DNA from: Heptranchias perlo | Lineage: Eukaryota | DNA: 64,000 nt | Direction: 5' to 3' | Assembly (NCBI RefSeq): GCF_035084215.1 | Contig: NC_090335.1 | Coordinates: 39,308,001-39,372,000, forward strand | Shown here: positions 52,195-64,000 of the stretch, in pieces | Layout of the letters: the number at the start of each line of letters is the position of its first letter | Position numbering within the stretch: the first letter of the stretch is position 1 | The notes under the pieces: model-generated | The model's database searches: none | Seen by the model: only the letters and a program-made list of their open reading frames with translations | What the model was told of the DNA's origin: nothing | Translations under genes and position numbers: made by a program

Positions 52195-54056
52195 AGAAAT
52201 TAAAAAGGATATAAAGACATTTAAGAAAGAAAGGGGGAAGATAATTGGTAAACTAATCAAACTTAGAGAAGATAAAACCTCTGGTCCGATAGATTGAATC
52301 CACGCACATTAAAAGAAGTTAGGGAAGAGATAGCCGAGGCATTGTTATGTATATATAATAATTCATTAGAAAAGGGAATAGTGCCAGACGACTGGCGGAG
52401 AACTAATTTTATTCCTATATTTAAAAAGGGGGATAGAACACGTCCAGGGAACTGTAGACCAATATGCTTAATGTTAGTGGTAGGAAAGATAATGGAATCT
52501 TTACTCAACGATGTAATAGAAAAACATCTAGAAAACCAAAATATAATAAAGAATAGTCAGCACGGATTTCAGAAGGGAAAGTCATGCTTGACCAGCCTTA
52601 TTGAATTCTTTGAAGAAGTAACAGAAAGAGGGCAATGTAATAGATGTAATATATTTGGATTTTCAAAAAGCCTTCGATAAGGCACCGCATTGTAGACTCA
52701 TGACTAAGATCAGAGCATGTGGAGTCAGGGGCAGATAACAGAATGGATAGCAAGCTGGCCACAAAATGGAAAAAAGACAATAGGGGTTAAGGGTAGCTAC
52801 TACAGTGGGATGTGCTGTTCCACAGGGATCGGTGCTGGGACTACTGTTGTTCACAATTTATGTTAATGGTTTGGACTCGGGAATCAGACGTACAATTTCA
52901 GAATTTGTGAAAGACACCAAATTAGGGGGTATAGTTAATACAAAGGAGGAATGCGTCAAAATGAACAAGACATTAATAAACTTGCAGAATGAGTGTGTAA
53001 TTGGCAAATGAATTTCAATATAAATAAGTGTGAGGTGGTGCATTTTGGTAGGAAGAATAAAGAGGCCACATACTGCTTGGATAATAACAGTCTAAATGGG
53101 GTAGAGGAGTAATGGGATCTCGGGATACAGATACACAAATCACTAAAAGTAGCGATGCAGGTTAATAAGGCCATAAAAATGGCAAACCAAGCACTGGGGT
53201 TTATTTCTAGAGGAATAGAATTGAAAAGCAGAGAAGTTATTTTAAACTTGTGTAGAATCTTGGTTAGACCACACTTGGAGTACAGTGCACAGTCCTGGTC
53301 TCCAAGCAGTATGTGGCCTCTTTATTCTTCCTACCAAAATGGACCACCTCACACTTATTTATATTGAAATTCATTTGCCAATTTCACGCCCATTCTGCAA
53401 GTTTACTAATGTCTTCTTGCATTTTGAAGCATTCTTCCTTTATATTAGCTATACCCCCCAATTTGGTGTAATTCGCAAATTCTGAAATTGTATTTCTGAT
53501 TCCCGAGTCCAAATCATTAATCTCCATGTTATAAAAAGGATATAGAGGCACTGGAGAAGGAGCAAAGAAGATTCACAAGGATGATACCAGAACTGAGAGG
53601 ATATCATTATCAGGAAAGGCTGAACAGGCTGGGGCTCTTTTCTTTAGAAAAGAGAAGACAGAGGGGTAACCTGATAGAGGTCTTTAAGTTAATGAAAGGG
53701 CTTGATAGGGTAGGCATAGAGAAAATATTTCCACTTGTGGGGAGTCCAAAACTAGAGGTCATAAATATAAAATAGTCACAAATAAATCCAATAGGGAATT
53801 CAGGAGAAACTTCTTTACCCAAAGAGTGGTAAGAATGTGGAATGCGCTACCATACGGAGTAGTTGAGGCAAATAGCACAGATAAATTTAAGGAAAAGCTA
53901 GATAAGCACATGAGGGAGAAAGGAATAGAAGGGTATGCTGATAGGGTTAGATACAGTAGGGAGGGAGGAGGCTTGTGTGGAGCATAAATGCCAGCATAGA
54001 CCAGTTGGGCCGAATGGCCTGTTTCTGTGCTGTAGACTCGATGTAACTCGATGTAA
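52195..54056 (+). mobile_element. CR1 LINE fragment with an internal inverted duplication
   Basis: ORF2 motifs, 3' UTR and (ACTCGATGTA)n-like tail; 53301-53520 is inverted. Confidence 0.9.
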
Positions 54057-54373
54057 TCTTGCGCTGACAGCCTCTGGTGATCTTCGATTCTCTGGCCCCC
54101 TCCCCCTCCCACAGACCTCTAACTCTCCTCCCCTGGCCTCTGATGACAATCTACCCTCCCCCACTCTATAACCCTGCTCTACCTTTCTCTTTCCCCAGTC
54201 CGCCAGCCTCTACCCTGTCCAAAATACTGTAACTAGAATTTTCTGTTTGACCCTGGGCCTGCTACAAATTACTGAGGTATTAATGTGCAAGTAAAGGCAC
54301 ACTTTACCTGCACATTAATAGGGGCTCACCTATTGGGGATGTTCTGAGATGCTGAACTTGAGAAAAATATCGT

Positions 54374-54923
54374 GGCCCAGAGTTTCCACTAGATTGCACT
54401 GCCTTTTCAAAACAATCTGGCCGAATCAGCGCAAAACATTGCGGAATTTTGATTTATACTCGGCGTAATTTGCGGCCAGTGTAATTCGAGTTTGTGCAAT
54501 GTTTTGCAGTGGCTAAAAAAAAATCACGCTGAAGCTAGCTCCGCCCACAAAACTGGCCACACCCCCCGATCGAAACAACAAGGATGGTGAGTTTTCGCCA
54601 ATTACACCAGTTTGAGGCCGTTTGAGGACAGGGCACTTTTATTAAAAATGCTTATTTTTAATGCTAAACCCATTTTCAGCTTTATTAGTAAAATTGCACC
54701 AGGTTACCACTCTTAAATACATCTATGAATATTTTTGATTGCAATAAAAAATAAAAAATTATGCTATGTTAAGCTGCCAAATTGCACTGCTCCATGGCAA
54801 ATATTACGTTTGTGATTACGTTAATGCATTTTAGTGGAAACTCAGTGTAAAATGCAGCAGTGCAGTTTTCGGGCACAATTTGCGCCCAAGTGTTAATTGC
54901 ATTCAAAGCGGAAACTCCAGGCC
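54374..54923. mobile_element. Harbinger-type MITE
   Basis: TIRs GGCCCAGAGTTTCC / GGAAACTCCAGGCC. Confidence 0.65.
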
Positions 54924-56106
54924 TTAGAGTAAAAGCCCAAAAACATAACGATCACCATCTACATATGGAGCATCATTAGTGCATTAAAGACATGTCTCGA
55001 TGACAGCATACTGACTGATTTTTAAGGGTGATCCAAGCCTTGAAAGATGCTATGTGAAATGCTGTTGCACTCCTGTAAGCGGTTTGCCAGTAAACGGTAG
55101 TCAACAGTGAATATCAAATGAGACAGATTTTTTTCAGTAAATTGATATATTTCAACATGTAACCAGAAACCATCATCACAAGCAACAGACCTAATATCAT
55201 TAATGCCATGACGGATGGAGGCTATAACCATATTAGTTGTTTTGTAAACTCTCAATCTGATAGTATTTAACTCTATTAGTCAAGCATTGTATCCATTGCC
55301 AGAAGCATCTGCTATTACTTCCATTGCAATGCCAAAGCCACAGCTTGGATCCAGTAACAGCAAGGTATGTCTGACTTAGGATAAAAACTCATGTGAAATT
55401 GCCTTCTACATGCTGGACAGATACCTTGAGGAAAAATGACAGTACTCCATATCAGACTCACAGGGGCAGATGAGTAATTGTCAAGCGATTGTTATGCAGA
55501 TGAATGTTAATAATGCTTTCATTATAAGCCAAGTGTTCCCCATGACATGTTTTGTCCCGCAAGAAGTGATGGACTAATGCAAAGACACAAACATTCCTTC
55601 CACGATCTCTTTCCCTTCATTTGTAACTTCCTCCAGCTCTACATCACAATTTGCACCCTGCACTTTTCTGAGTCAGGACTACTTCTTGTTTTCCCTCCAT
55701 CTGCTCCTCCATCAGCAGAAAGACCTTCAGCCATCATGGCCCTGTTTCTAGAAATCTCTTGCAATACTCCTTTACCTAGATTCACCTGTGCCCACCTTAA
55801 AACGGCTCCTCAAAACCTATCTCTTCAACTTCACCTTTGGTCACATCCCCTAATCTGCCCTCGTGAAACACCTTGGAATGTTTGGGTATATTGAAAGTGC
55901 TTGTCATGTTTCAAGATTTTTGCTTATTTGGTCAGAAGGATTTTTTGAGTTAATTTCTGTTATGTTGTTGCTATGAAATCAACTTCAGCTTACACGGGGG
56001 TTCACTACCAGAAACACACAATGTGGAGATGCCGGTGATGGACTGGGGTTGACAATTGTAAACAATTTTACAACACCAAGTTATAGTCCAGCAATTTTAT
56101 TTTAAA

Positions 56107-56145
56107 TTCACAAGCTTTCGGAGGCTTCCTCCTTCGTCAGGTGAA
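56107..56145 (-). ncRNA. Minimal hammerhead ribozyme motif
   Basis: Mirror copy of 56546-56584. Confidence 0.72.
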
Positions 56146-56545
56146 CGATGTGAAAATGAAATCCTCGAAATGAAATCGCATTTATAATTCACAGAACAAT
56201 GCTTGGTGAGTACAGACAGTTTTTTCAACTGCCCGTTGCCAAGGCAATCAGTGTGCAAACAGATAGGTGTTACCTGCCAGGTCTCACAGAATATACAAAT
56301 CACCAAAAAAAAACAACAAACAAAAAAAAACAGAGATAGAGAGGTACCTCTCTATCTCTGTTTTTTTTTGTTTGTTGTTTTTTTTTGGTGATTTGTATAT
56401 TCTGTGAGACCTGGCAGGTAACACCTATCTGTTTGCACACTGATTGCCTTGGCAACGGGCAGTTGAAAAAACTGTCTGTACTCACCAAGCATTGTTCTGT
56501 GAATTATAAATGCGATTTCATTTCGAGGATTTCATTTTCACATCG

Positions 56546-56584
56546 TTCACCTGACGAAGGAGGAAGCCTCCGAAAGCTTGTGAA
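56546..56584 (+). ncRNA. Minimal hammerhead ribozyme motif
   Basis: TTCAC-CTGACGA-A-GGAGG AAG CCTCC-GAAA-GC-TT-GTGAA: stem I TTCAC/GTGAA, stem II GGAGG/CCTCC, palindromic AGCT stem III. Confidence 0.75.
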
Positions 56585-56656
56585 TTTAAAATAAAATTGC
56601 TGGACTATAACTTGGTGTTGTAAAATTGTTTACAAGAAACACACAAGTTATTGGTA

Positions 56657-58762
56657 TGTCAACTGTAGCTCAGCACTTTTGCCTCTGGGTCAGAAGGTTG
56701 TGGGTTTAAGTCCCACTCTAAAGACTTGAGTACAAAATCTAGGCTAACACTCCAGTCCAGTACTGAGGCAGCTCTGCACTGCTTGAGGTGAGATTTCGTC
56801 TTTTGGATGAGACATTAAACAGAGGCCTTGTCTGCCCTCTCAGGTCGATACAAAAGATCCCGTGGCACTATTTGAAGAAGAGTAGAGGAATTCTCCCCAG
56901 TGTCCTGGCCAATATTTATCCCTCAAACAACATCACTTAGAACATATTGGGCGCTAAATTGGGCCTTGTACCGCCCGTTGTTTCAGCGCTACTTAGCCTC
57001 CCTGACATCCAAGATGGTGTATTGGATGAGTACGTATGTTTCCAATGTGATATGCGCTGGATGCCATCTTGGTACAGGAGTTAGCGCAGGCGCAGGTAAC
57101 GAACGCTGGAAATGTGTATAATGGCTTCAATCAGTGTGCAACGCTGATTTAAAGTGATAGACACCATTTTGGGACTTAATGCTCAACTCAACGTACAGTC
57201 TTAACCCCGACCATCTTAACGTGTCTTAGAGTGCCTGGAGGACTACTCACCTGCGCTATTTAAAGGGACCATGCAGGATTAACAGGTTAGTGGCTGGATT
57301 ATTGCTTCTGGCTGCTGAGACATTTGTAACTTTTTTGGAGGTCTCCTAGACTTGAATACTAGGACACGGGACATAGCCTAACATTTAGAGCCAGGACATG
57401 CAGGAGTGAAGTTAGGAAATGCTTCTACATGCAAAGGATGGGAGACATTTGGAACGCTCTTCTGCAGACAGCAGTTGATGCTAGCTCACTTGTGAATGTT
57501 AAAGCTGAGATTGATAAATTTCTGTGAACCAAGGGTATTAAGGGATATGGGGGCTAAGGCGGGTATATGGAGTTAGGTCACAGGTCCACCATGATCTCAT
57601 GAATGGTGGAACAGGCTCAAAGGGCTAAATGCCACTGCCACTTGCTGCCTCCTGATATGCGGCATGTGCTTGTTCGGGTTGAATAGCTGCCAGTGTGTGT
57701 GGCCTGTGAGTTGTGGGTGGGCAGCTTGAAACATTGGCAATGTGTAAGGGTGAGAGGAAGCATCTGGTTGGAAGAATTGAGTACTGATGGAAAGAGTGAG
57801 TTTGTTGGTACGTGGGTGATGGGGGGGTGGGTGGGTAGTGCATGGTGCAGTTGGTAGGAGATGCCACTTGACAGTTGACCTCACTCACCTTGACCACTCA
57901 TGTCAAAGCATTGAACTTCTTCCCGTACTGCATCTATGTTCATGATGCTGTGCGCCTGGCATTGACTTTGTCTCCAGCTGCCTCCCACTGCCTTTTGGAT
58001 ATATGTCTGGAGGGCCTCTTGTCGTCCCCCCCACCCCCCGCTGCGGATATAGGATGTCCCTCCTTTTGTCCACCTCTTGCACCAAGGTCCCTAGTGCATC
58101 AGCAGAGAATCTTGGTGCATGCACTCTCGCAGGCCTGGTACCAACTCAGATCGGCAGATTGATGAGGTCTGGCATGCAAATTGGAGGATGTGGGATTTAG
58201 AAGTGCGCAACCTTTTTTCAATGTTTTAACTTAACTCATCAGTGTGTAAACATAGAGATGGGATCTGCATTTGTGTTTTACGTGTGCAATATCTGATCTC
58301 CGTGCAGACAGTACACTGTTATTTTCAGCAAATAACAAGTACCAGGTACCTTTAAGAGACTTCTAAGAAACATCCTCCCTTTAAGATTTTGCACTCCCCC
58401 TGGTGGTGGAATGTGCAAATTGCATTGATTCCATGTGCAAGGCCTGGAATGGAACGCCGACAGGTGAGTCCTCAAGCTGAAACTCGCATTCTGCCTGCAC
58501 AGGGGTCATTGGGCGCGAGGTAATAGCGCATCACGCTATGCGTGCCCAAAAACGGCCCTTATCCAATTTTTTTTTTCCCCCGTTATCTGGTCAATACCAC
58601 ATTGCTATTTGTAGGACCTTGCTGTGCGCAAATTGGATGACGTGTTTCCTACATTACAACAGCGACTACACTTCAAAAGTACTTCATTGCCTGTAAAGTT
58701 CTTTGGGATATCCTGAGGTCATGAAAGGTGCTATATAAATGCAAGTCTTTCTTTCATTCTTT
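56657..58762 (+). mobile_element. SINE interrupted by Harbinger derivative copy C
   Basis: SINE 5' part 56657-56948 and 3' part 58583-58762 rejoin at ...AACATA/TTATCTGGTC. Confidence 0.85.
56949..58582. mobile_element. Non-autonomous Harbinger derivative, copy C
   Basis: GGGCGCTAAATTGG ... CCAATTTTTTTTTTCCCC; CR1 tail at ~57350-57630; Myb remnant (HAPRFSADALGTLVQEV) on the minus strand at ~57885-58125. Confidence 0.8.
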
Positions 58763-59299
58763 TATGTTATTGATTTGAACCATGGGGTACTAGGTGAGTA
58801 GTTGATAGAATTGTGTATACTTACAAAGCCTTATCATTTTGAGATAATGGGGTGGGTCATCAGCACATTCCAAAGAGGGTCACACCTATTATATTGAATT
58901 GGTTTCATTAACCCACCCTGCAGAAGAGTAAAATTCTATTAGTGCTGCAGTGAGACTGCTCCTGCAGCACCAGAAGTCAGGAATGCTGTTAAAGGGGTAG
59001 AAGTGCCCTGAAGATTGGATCAAATGTCCCACTAAAGGCCTTGAATGAGACCGGGGCCTTCAGCAGATAATTGCTGGAGGTGGAATGGTTTGGGAGTACC
59101 ACCCTCCTGGGACCTGCCACTCCCTTCCCCATTGCAGCTGAGTTAGCGACAGTAACATAGGCGGATGAGAAGGAAATTCACTGGGGATGTGTGCGTTATT
59201 TACATGCAGCAGGCAGGTGGAGGGAAATTCACAATTTTCCTTTGTCCCTGGATGGTGTGGCGGTGAATTGTGCTTCTCAACATCCACATTAGCTCTTGC

Positions 59300-59420
59300 G
59301 CCTTCACTTACCTTGGCTAGCCTGGTGAGGTCATTAAAATGTTTCTGACACAGAATCGCCATTCGTGAGGTGATATCGTTGTCACAGGGATACAGGATAT
59401 TAAATTATTTCTTCCATCGC
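59300..59420 (-). pseudogene. Harbinger Myb gene remnant
   Basis: CQKHFNDLTRLAK|GTAAGT. Confidence 0.55.
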
Positions 59421-59943
59421 TGAACAAAGCTCATCAAATTAAAGTAATGGTTTTTGAATCTCATCTAGATGCTAGACACGAATTGTGTTACCAAGACAAA
59501 GAAGGAAGCCTATGTTAACTGCTTTCTATTTGTATTGCATTCAAAACGTATTTGCATTTGAATAATCCTTTGCTTCCAAGTGAGTATGAAAGACTATGGA
59601 AATGGTTTGGTGTACATTTCAGTTCGACTGCTTGTTGGAATAAACACAATTTAAAGTAACCAGCAACATCTCAAAAAATGACATAAAAAGTAAAGAGGCA
59701 TTCTTGTGGTTTGAAATGTGATAGATTTCCCTTCCTGTCACTTTATTTTCCATATTCCATAGTTATCTGTGTCGTTTTACTCTCAGGATTTTTTTCTGAA
59801 ATATATTTTTCTGGATAATTCAAAGATCTGGCTGAACATTGATACAGGGTGTAATGACCCATATGTTGCTATAACACATTTTTAAAAAAAAATTACAGTT
59901 AAGATTTGAGCCAAGTCCTATGCAAATACCAAAGCCACACATT

Positions 59944-60573
59944 GGGGTCAATTTTATGTTCTATCGAATGCCATTAATGGGGAGGGGGGGGTTAATGTCC
60001 TCAAAATGGGTTCAGTAGCCTTACTGCCCCATTAATATCGAAGAAGAGGTCAGCGACATTTTGAAAAGGGCCTACCACTGGGCGTCCAAAGTGTCTGCCT
60101 GTTTCAGGTGGTAGGCCCCTTTTAATATGCAAATCAGAGTCCCAGGGCCCCAATTGCCATTGTGGGTCAGAACTGGTCGCAGGATGTACCATTTACAAAC
60201 TGACCAGTTCCAAGGGTGATGGAGCCGAATAAGCCCAGCCAAGGTAAGTTAGGAATTATTTTTGTGGGGCCACTCCTGCTCCTCCGGGGCCCACAAAAAT
60301 AATCTTGGCCACCACAGCCCCAAGGCCCTACACTCCGCGATCGCGACCCCAACCCCCTTCCCCGCTCATACCTTGCTGGCGGCCAGAGCAGCCTGATATT
60401 GGGAGGCCTTAATCCGGCAAGCTGCATCGGGACACCTGTTTGGCGAAGTGCAACTCACTGGGCCAATGTTAATGAGGCCAGTACTTCAAAATTTCAGCCG
60501 CCTCTTTGCCACAGGTATGGGCAATCTGTCAGTGCGCTGCACTAACCGTTCCCCCAAGAGTCAAAATCGACCA
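59944..60573. mobile_element. MITE-like element related to 10514-11330
   Basis: GGGGTCAATTTT ... AAAATCGACC termini; interior resembles the reverse complement of the 10.5-kb element. Confidence 0.5.
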
Positions 60574-61435
60574 CATTATTTTTTAAATTAGGAAATTTTC
60601 TACATTAAAGGTGCTATATAAATGCAAGTTGTTGTTACTGTTGTTGTAGTAAGCCTTTATGCCATCTGTTCCATAAACTACATCTGGAGCAGGCTTTAAT
60701 TCTTAGGCTCTAAGAGGTTTGCAATATTTCTTGCTCCATCAGCCAGGGACTTTAAAAAGAAACAGATTTAACCACTGTTCTGCAAAAATAAATTGTTTTC
60801 CTTCTTAATTTTCTCTCCTTCCTTTCTCTCCTGTAGGTATTGAGTCCTTGCTGGGGTCCAGTTTCACAGGTGCCAGTCACCTTCCAGTATCTGGCCAAAG
60901 TAGCCACTCTTCATACATCAGGCTAGATAATGACTGTCAAATGGCTATTTAAATATGGGAATATCACAGCAAAAGTCAAATCCTGGTTTAAGTTGTTGAC
61001 CACACACACACGCCACACACATTTCTGGCAGGGATCATTGGGTAAAAAAAGGCTTGCAGAGGTTAAAAGACCTCTCATGTCTCTTAGAAACATCTCAAAG
61101 TGGTTCATATGCAATAGATTACTTTGATGTGTAGTGACTGGTATTATACTGGCAACTGTGGCAGTCATTTTGCACAAAACAAAATTCTCACAAACAATAA
61201 GATAATGGACCAATTAATCTTTACTGGTGGTGCTGGTTGGGGCAGAATATTGATTAGGACACCACGAAAACTTTATTTTGAAGAGTTCCATGAGATTTTT
61301 AACATCCACCTGACCCACAGGAACAGGCAAATGGGGCCTCAATTTAACAAGTTATCTGAAGGACTGCACCTTTAACAATGCGGCACTCTTCCAGAAGTGC
61401 ACTAAAGTGTTCTGGAGTAGGGCTTGAACCCAGTC

Positions 61436-61888
61436 AAAGAAAGAAAATAAAGAACTTGCATTTATATAGTAACTTCCTTGATCTCAGTACATCTCAGAAT
61501 GCTTCACAGCCAATTAAGTACTTTCGAAATATAGTCACTGTAGAGAAATGCGACAGCTAGTTTTCACACAGCGAGGTCCCGTAAACAGCAATGAGATAAA
61601 TAACCAGATAATCTGCTTTTAGTGATGTTGACTGAGGAATAAATGTTGGCCAGGACAACACCTCTGCTCTTTGAATAGTGTGATGGGATTTTTTTTTACG
61701 TCCGACTGAGAAGGCTGATAGAGCCTCGATTTGATGTCTCATCTGAAAGGCAGCACCTCTGACAGTGCAGCACTCCCTCAGTACTGCATTGAAGTGTCAA
61801 TTCAGATGATATACTTAAGAGTCTGGAGTGGGGCTTGAACCCACAATCTTCTGACTTAGGGGTGAGTGTGCTACCAACTGAGCCCAGC
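61436..61888 (-). mobile_element. Near full-length SacSINE1/DeuSINE-like SINE (an older degenerate copy lies at ~61040-61432)
   Basis: GGCTCAGTTGG box A, GGTTCAAGCCC box B, conserved core and L2-like tail. Confidence 0.85.
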
Positions 61889-61929
61889 AATTAGGTCCCG
61901 GATCCTCCCTAACCTTTAATGTAATTCAG

Positions 61930-63218
61930 AACCAATTTATACCCCTAAGGGGCAAGAGCTCTACTTGCCAAAAAAAACAGCCATGGGCAACAAAAGAGGT
62001 AAGGGACAACATAAAACTAAAAGAAAAAGCATACAATAATGCAAAAAATAGCACAGATCCTGGTGACTGGGAAAGATACAAAGAACAGCAAAGGGTAACA
62101 AAACAGATAATAAGAGCTACAAAAAGGGAGTATGAAAAGAAACTTGCAAGAGATATCAAAATCAATACAAACATTTTTTACAATTATATTAGGAAAGAGA
62201 GGGTGGTCAAGAGCAATGTGGGCCCCTTAAAAACTGATAATGGTGATATTGTAAATGAAAGTAAGGAAATGAAAGACATGTTAAATAATTACTTTGTGTC
62301 AGTATTTACAGTAGAGGAAGAGGATAGCATGCCGGACATCCCAAGGAAACAAATTTTGAATCAGGGAAGGGGAGTCACCATAATTAATGGAAGTAAATTA
62401 ACAGTAATTAAGAAAATAATGGCACTAAAGAGTGACAAATCCACAGGACCAGTTGGTTTCCATCTCAGGGATTTAAAGGAAGTAGGTGAGAACAATACAA
62501 ATGCCCTAACTATAATCTTGATTGAATTTTTTGAAAAGGTGACTAAAATAGTGGACATGGAATTGAGGGCAAATTATTGACCTGGTTAGGAAATTGGCTG
62601 AGTGGCAGGAGACAGAGAATAGGGATAATGGGCAGGTACTCAAATTGGCAGGATGTGGCTAGTGGTGTCCCACAGGGATCTGTGTTGGGGCCTCAACTAT
62701 TCACTGTATTTATTAATGACTTAAATGACGAGATAGAGAGCCACATATCCAAGTTTGCCGATGACACAAAGATCAGCAGCATTGTAAGCCGTGTAGATGG
62801 AAGCATAAAATTACAGAGAGATATTAATAGATTAAGTGAATGGGCAAAACTGTGGCAAATGGATTACAATATAGGCAAGTGTGAGGTCATCTACTTTGGA
62901 CCTGAAAAGATAGATCAGAGTACTTTCTAAATGGTGAAAAACTCGAAACAGTGGAGTTCCAAAGAGACTTAGGGGTCCATGTACATAGATCATTAAAATG
63001 TCATGGACAGGTACAGAAAATAAACAAAAAGGCTAATGGAATGCTGGCCTTTATATCTAGAGGACTAGAATGCAAGGGGGTAGAAGTTTTGCTACAGTTA
63101 CACAAAGCCCTGGTTAGATCACACCTGGAATACTGTGTTCAGTTCTGGGCATTGCACCTTAGGAAGGATATATTGACCTTGGAGAGAGTGCAGCATAGAT
63201 TTACTAAAATGATACCTG
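61930..63218 (+). mobile_element. CR1 LINE ORF2 fragment, interrupted by a Harbinger element
   Basis: GVPQGSVLGP, KFADDTK, HLEYCVQFW; stops abruptly at ...FTKMIP. Confidence 0.9.
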
Positions 63219-64000
63219 GGGCTTCATTTTAGCACCCGCTATCGGGTGGGTTCCTGGCGGGGGGGCTCCGAAATGCCCGCATGTGGGGATCCCGCAGGCA
63301 ATTAAAGCCAGCGGGATGCCACTTGAAAGTATTTATTGTGCTATTTCAGGTCATTAACTGACCTGATTAAGGGATTATGTGAGGAGGGGTGGGATTTTAT
63401 AGACAACTGGGACTGTTTCCCATACTGGGGGAAACATTACCCAGTTGAAATGGACGTGTTGCAGCCATCAGCCTGTGGCAGCTGCAAAGGTCCATTTGAC
63501 AGGTGGGGGGTGGGGGGCAGACCCTCACTCATTGCAGGAGGCCACTCTGTCACTTGGGACAAAGTTTGGCCTCCACCACCCTCCTCCTGACAAGAAAATT
63601 CACCAACTTGCACATTTACCCCGGGGTCCAGAGACATGTACCTACCTTGCGGACCCCCTCAGATGTACATCTTCCGGATGGGGGCCGCCATAGCTGCAGT
63701 CATGACCTCCTCGGAGGGCGAAAAGCATCACCAGCCTCGCCGGTCACGCCGTCCACCTCTGACACGTGGAGCTCCACCACACAGTGCTGTGACACATCCA
63801 CCTGCACAGCAGGAGGGAGGGCAACCGCAGAGAGAGATGCGTCGCAGAGGGCACTACCCTCGCCACAGGGTCCACAGACCGAGGCTCAGCTTCCTGGACC
63901 TCTCTGAGCAGCAGTGCACATGGAGGCTCAGAGTCACTCGACATGTAGTCGTGGACATCTGCAACCACCCTTCATGCCGAGCTGCTCCCGGTTGGCCCGA
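63219..64000 (+). mobile_element. Second, diverged Harbinger element (transposase end), running off the window
   Basis: TIR-like GGGCTTCATTTTAG; from the ATG at 63678: MGAAIAAVMTSSEGE...HPPAQQEGGQPQREMRRR...LSFLDLSEQQC, close to the 7666-8919 protein; +1 frameshift near 63968. Confidence 0.88.

Larger units (their letters stand above)
56021..56635. mobile_element. Penelope-like pLTR insertion forming a perfect 580-bp palindrome (56056-56635) plus a ~35-nt tail
   Basis: Centre GAGGT|ACCTC at 56345/56346; identical ORFs on both strands in the ORF track; TSD AGAAACACACA(A) at 56010-56021 and 56635-56646; nearly the same 3' tail as the 22.4-kb element. Confidence 0.92.

Noticed and set aside
56056-56635. 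Assembly fold-back artefact
   Set aside because: The TSD, the asymmetric tail and the same architecture at 22.4 kb favour a genuine Penelope insertion; read confirmation is still advisable.
58825-58860. Possible leader exon of the receptor gene
   Set aside because: The ATG frame hits TGA before the donor and is not hydrophobic.
61810-61888. tRNA gene
   Set aside because: tRNA-like head of a SINE, continuous with the SINE body.

Overview
Repeat-dense vertebrate genomic DNA, most likely from a cartilaginous fish (inferred from HER1/CR1-type LINEs, SacSINE1/DeuSINE-like SINEs and L2 fragments). The only host gene I can support is a minus-strand CD200R-like Ig-superfamily receptor (small exon, V, C2, stalk, TM and cytoplasmic exons across ~16.5-47 kb) with several disabling lesions, so it is probably a pseudogene. 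The most striking element is an apparently intact 4182-bp autonomous PIF/Harbinger transposon (5271-9452). It has 14-bp TIRs, a CAT target-site duplication (TSD), an open DDE transposase and a convergent 3-exon Myb/SANT partner gene with an AT-hook, and it sits inside an older dead Harbinger transposase. Also present: two palindromic Penelope-like insertions carrying minimal hammerhead ribozyme motifs (one a perfect spacer-less 580-bp palindrome), three copies of a non-autonomous Harbinger derivative carrying a captured CR1 3' tail, and many Harbinger remnants and MITEs. I found no wholly unprecedented system; the candidates are new or young members and chimeras of known mobile-element classes. 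All calls were made by eye with no database searches, and boundaries of degenerate repeats are approximate.
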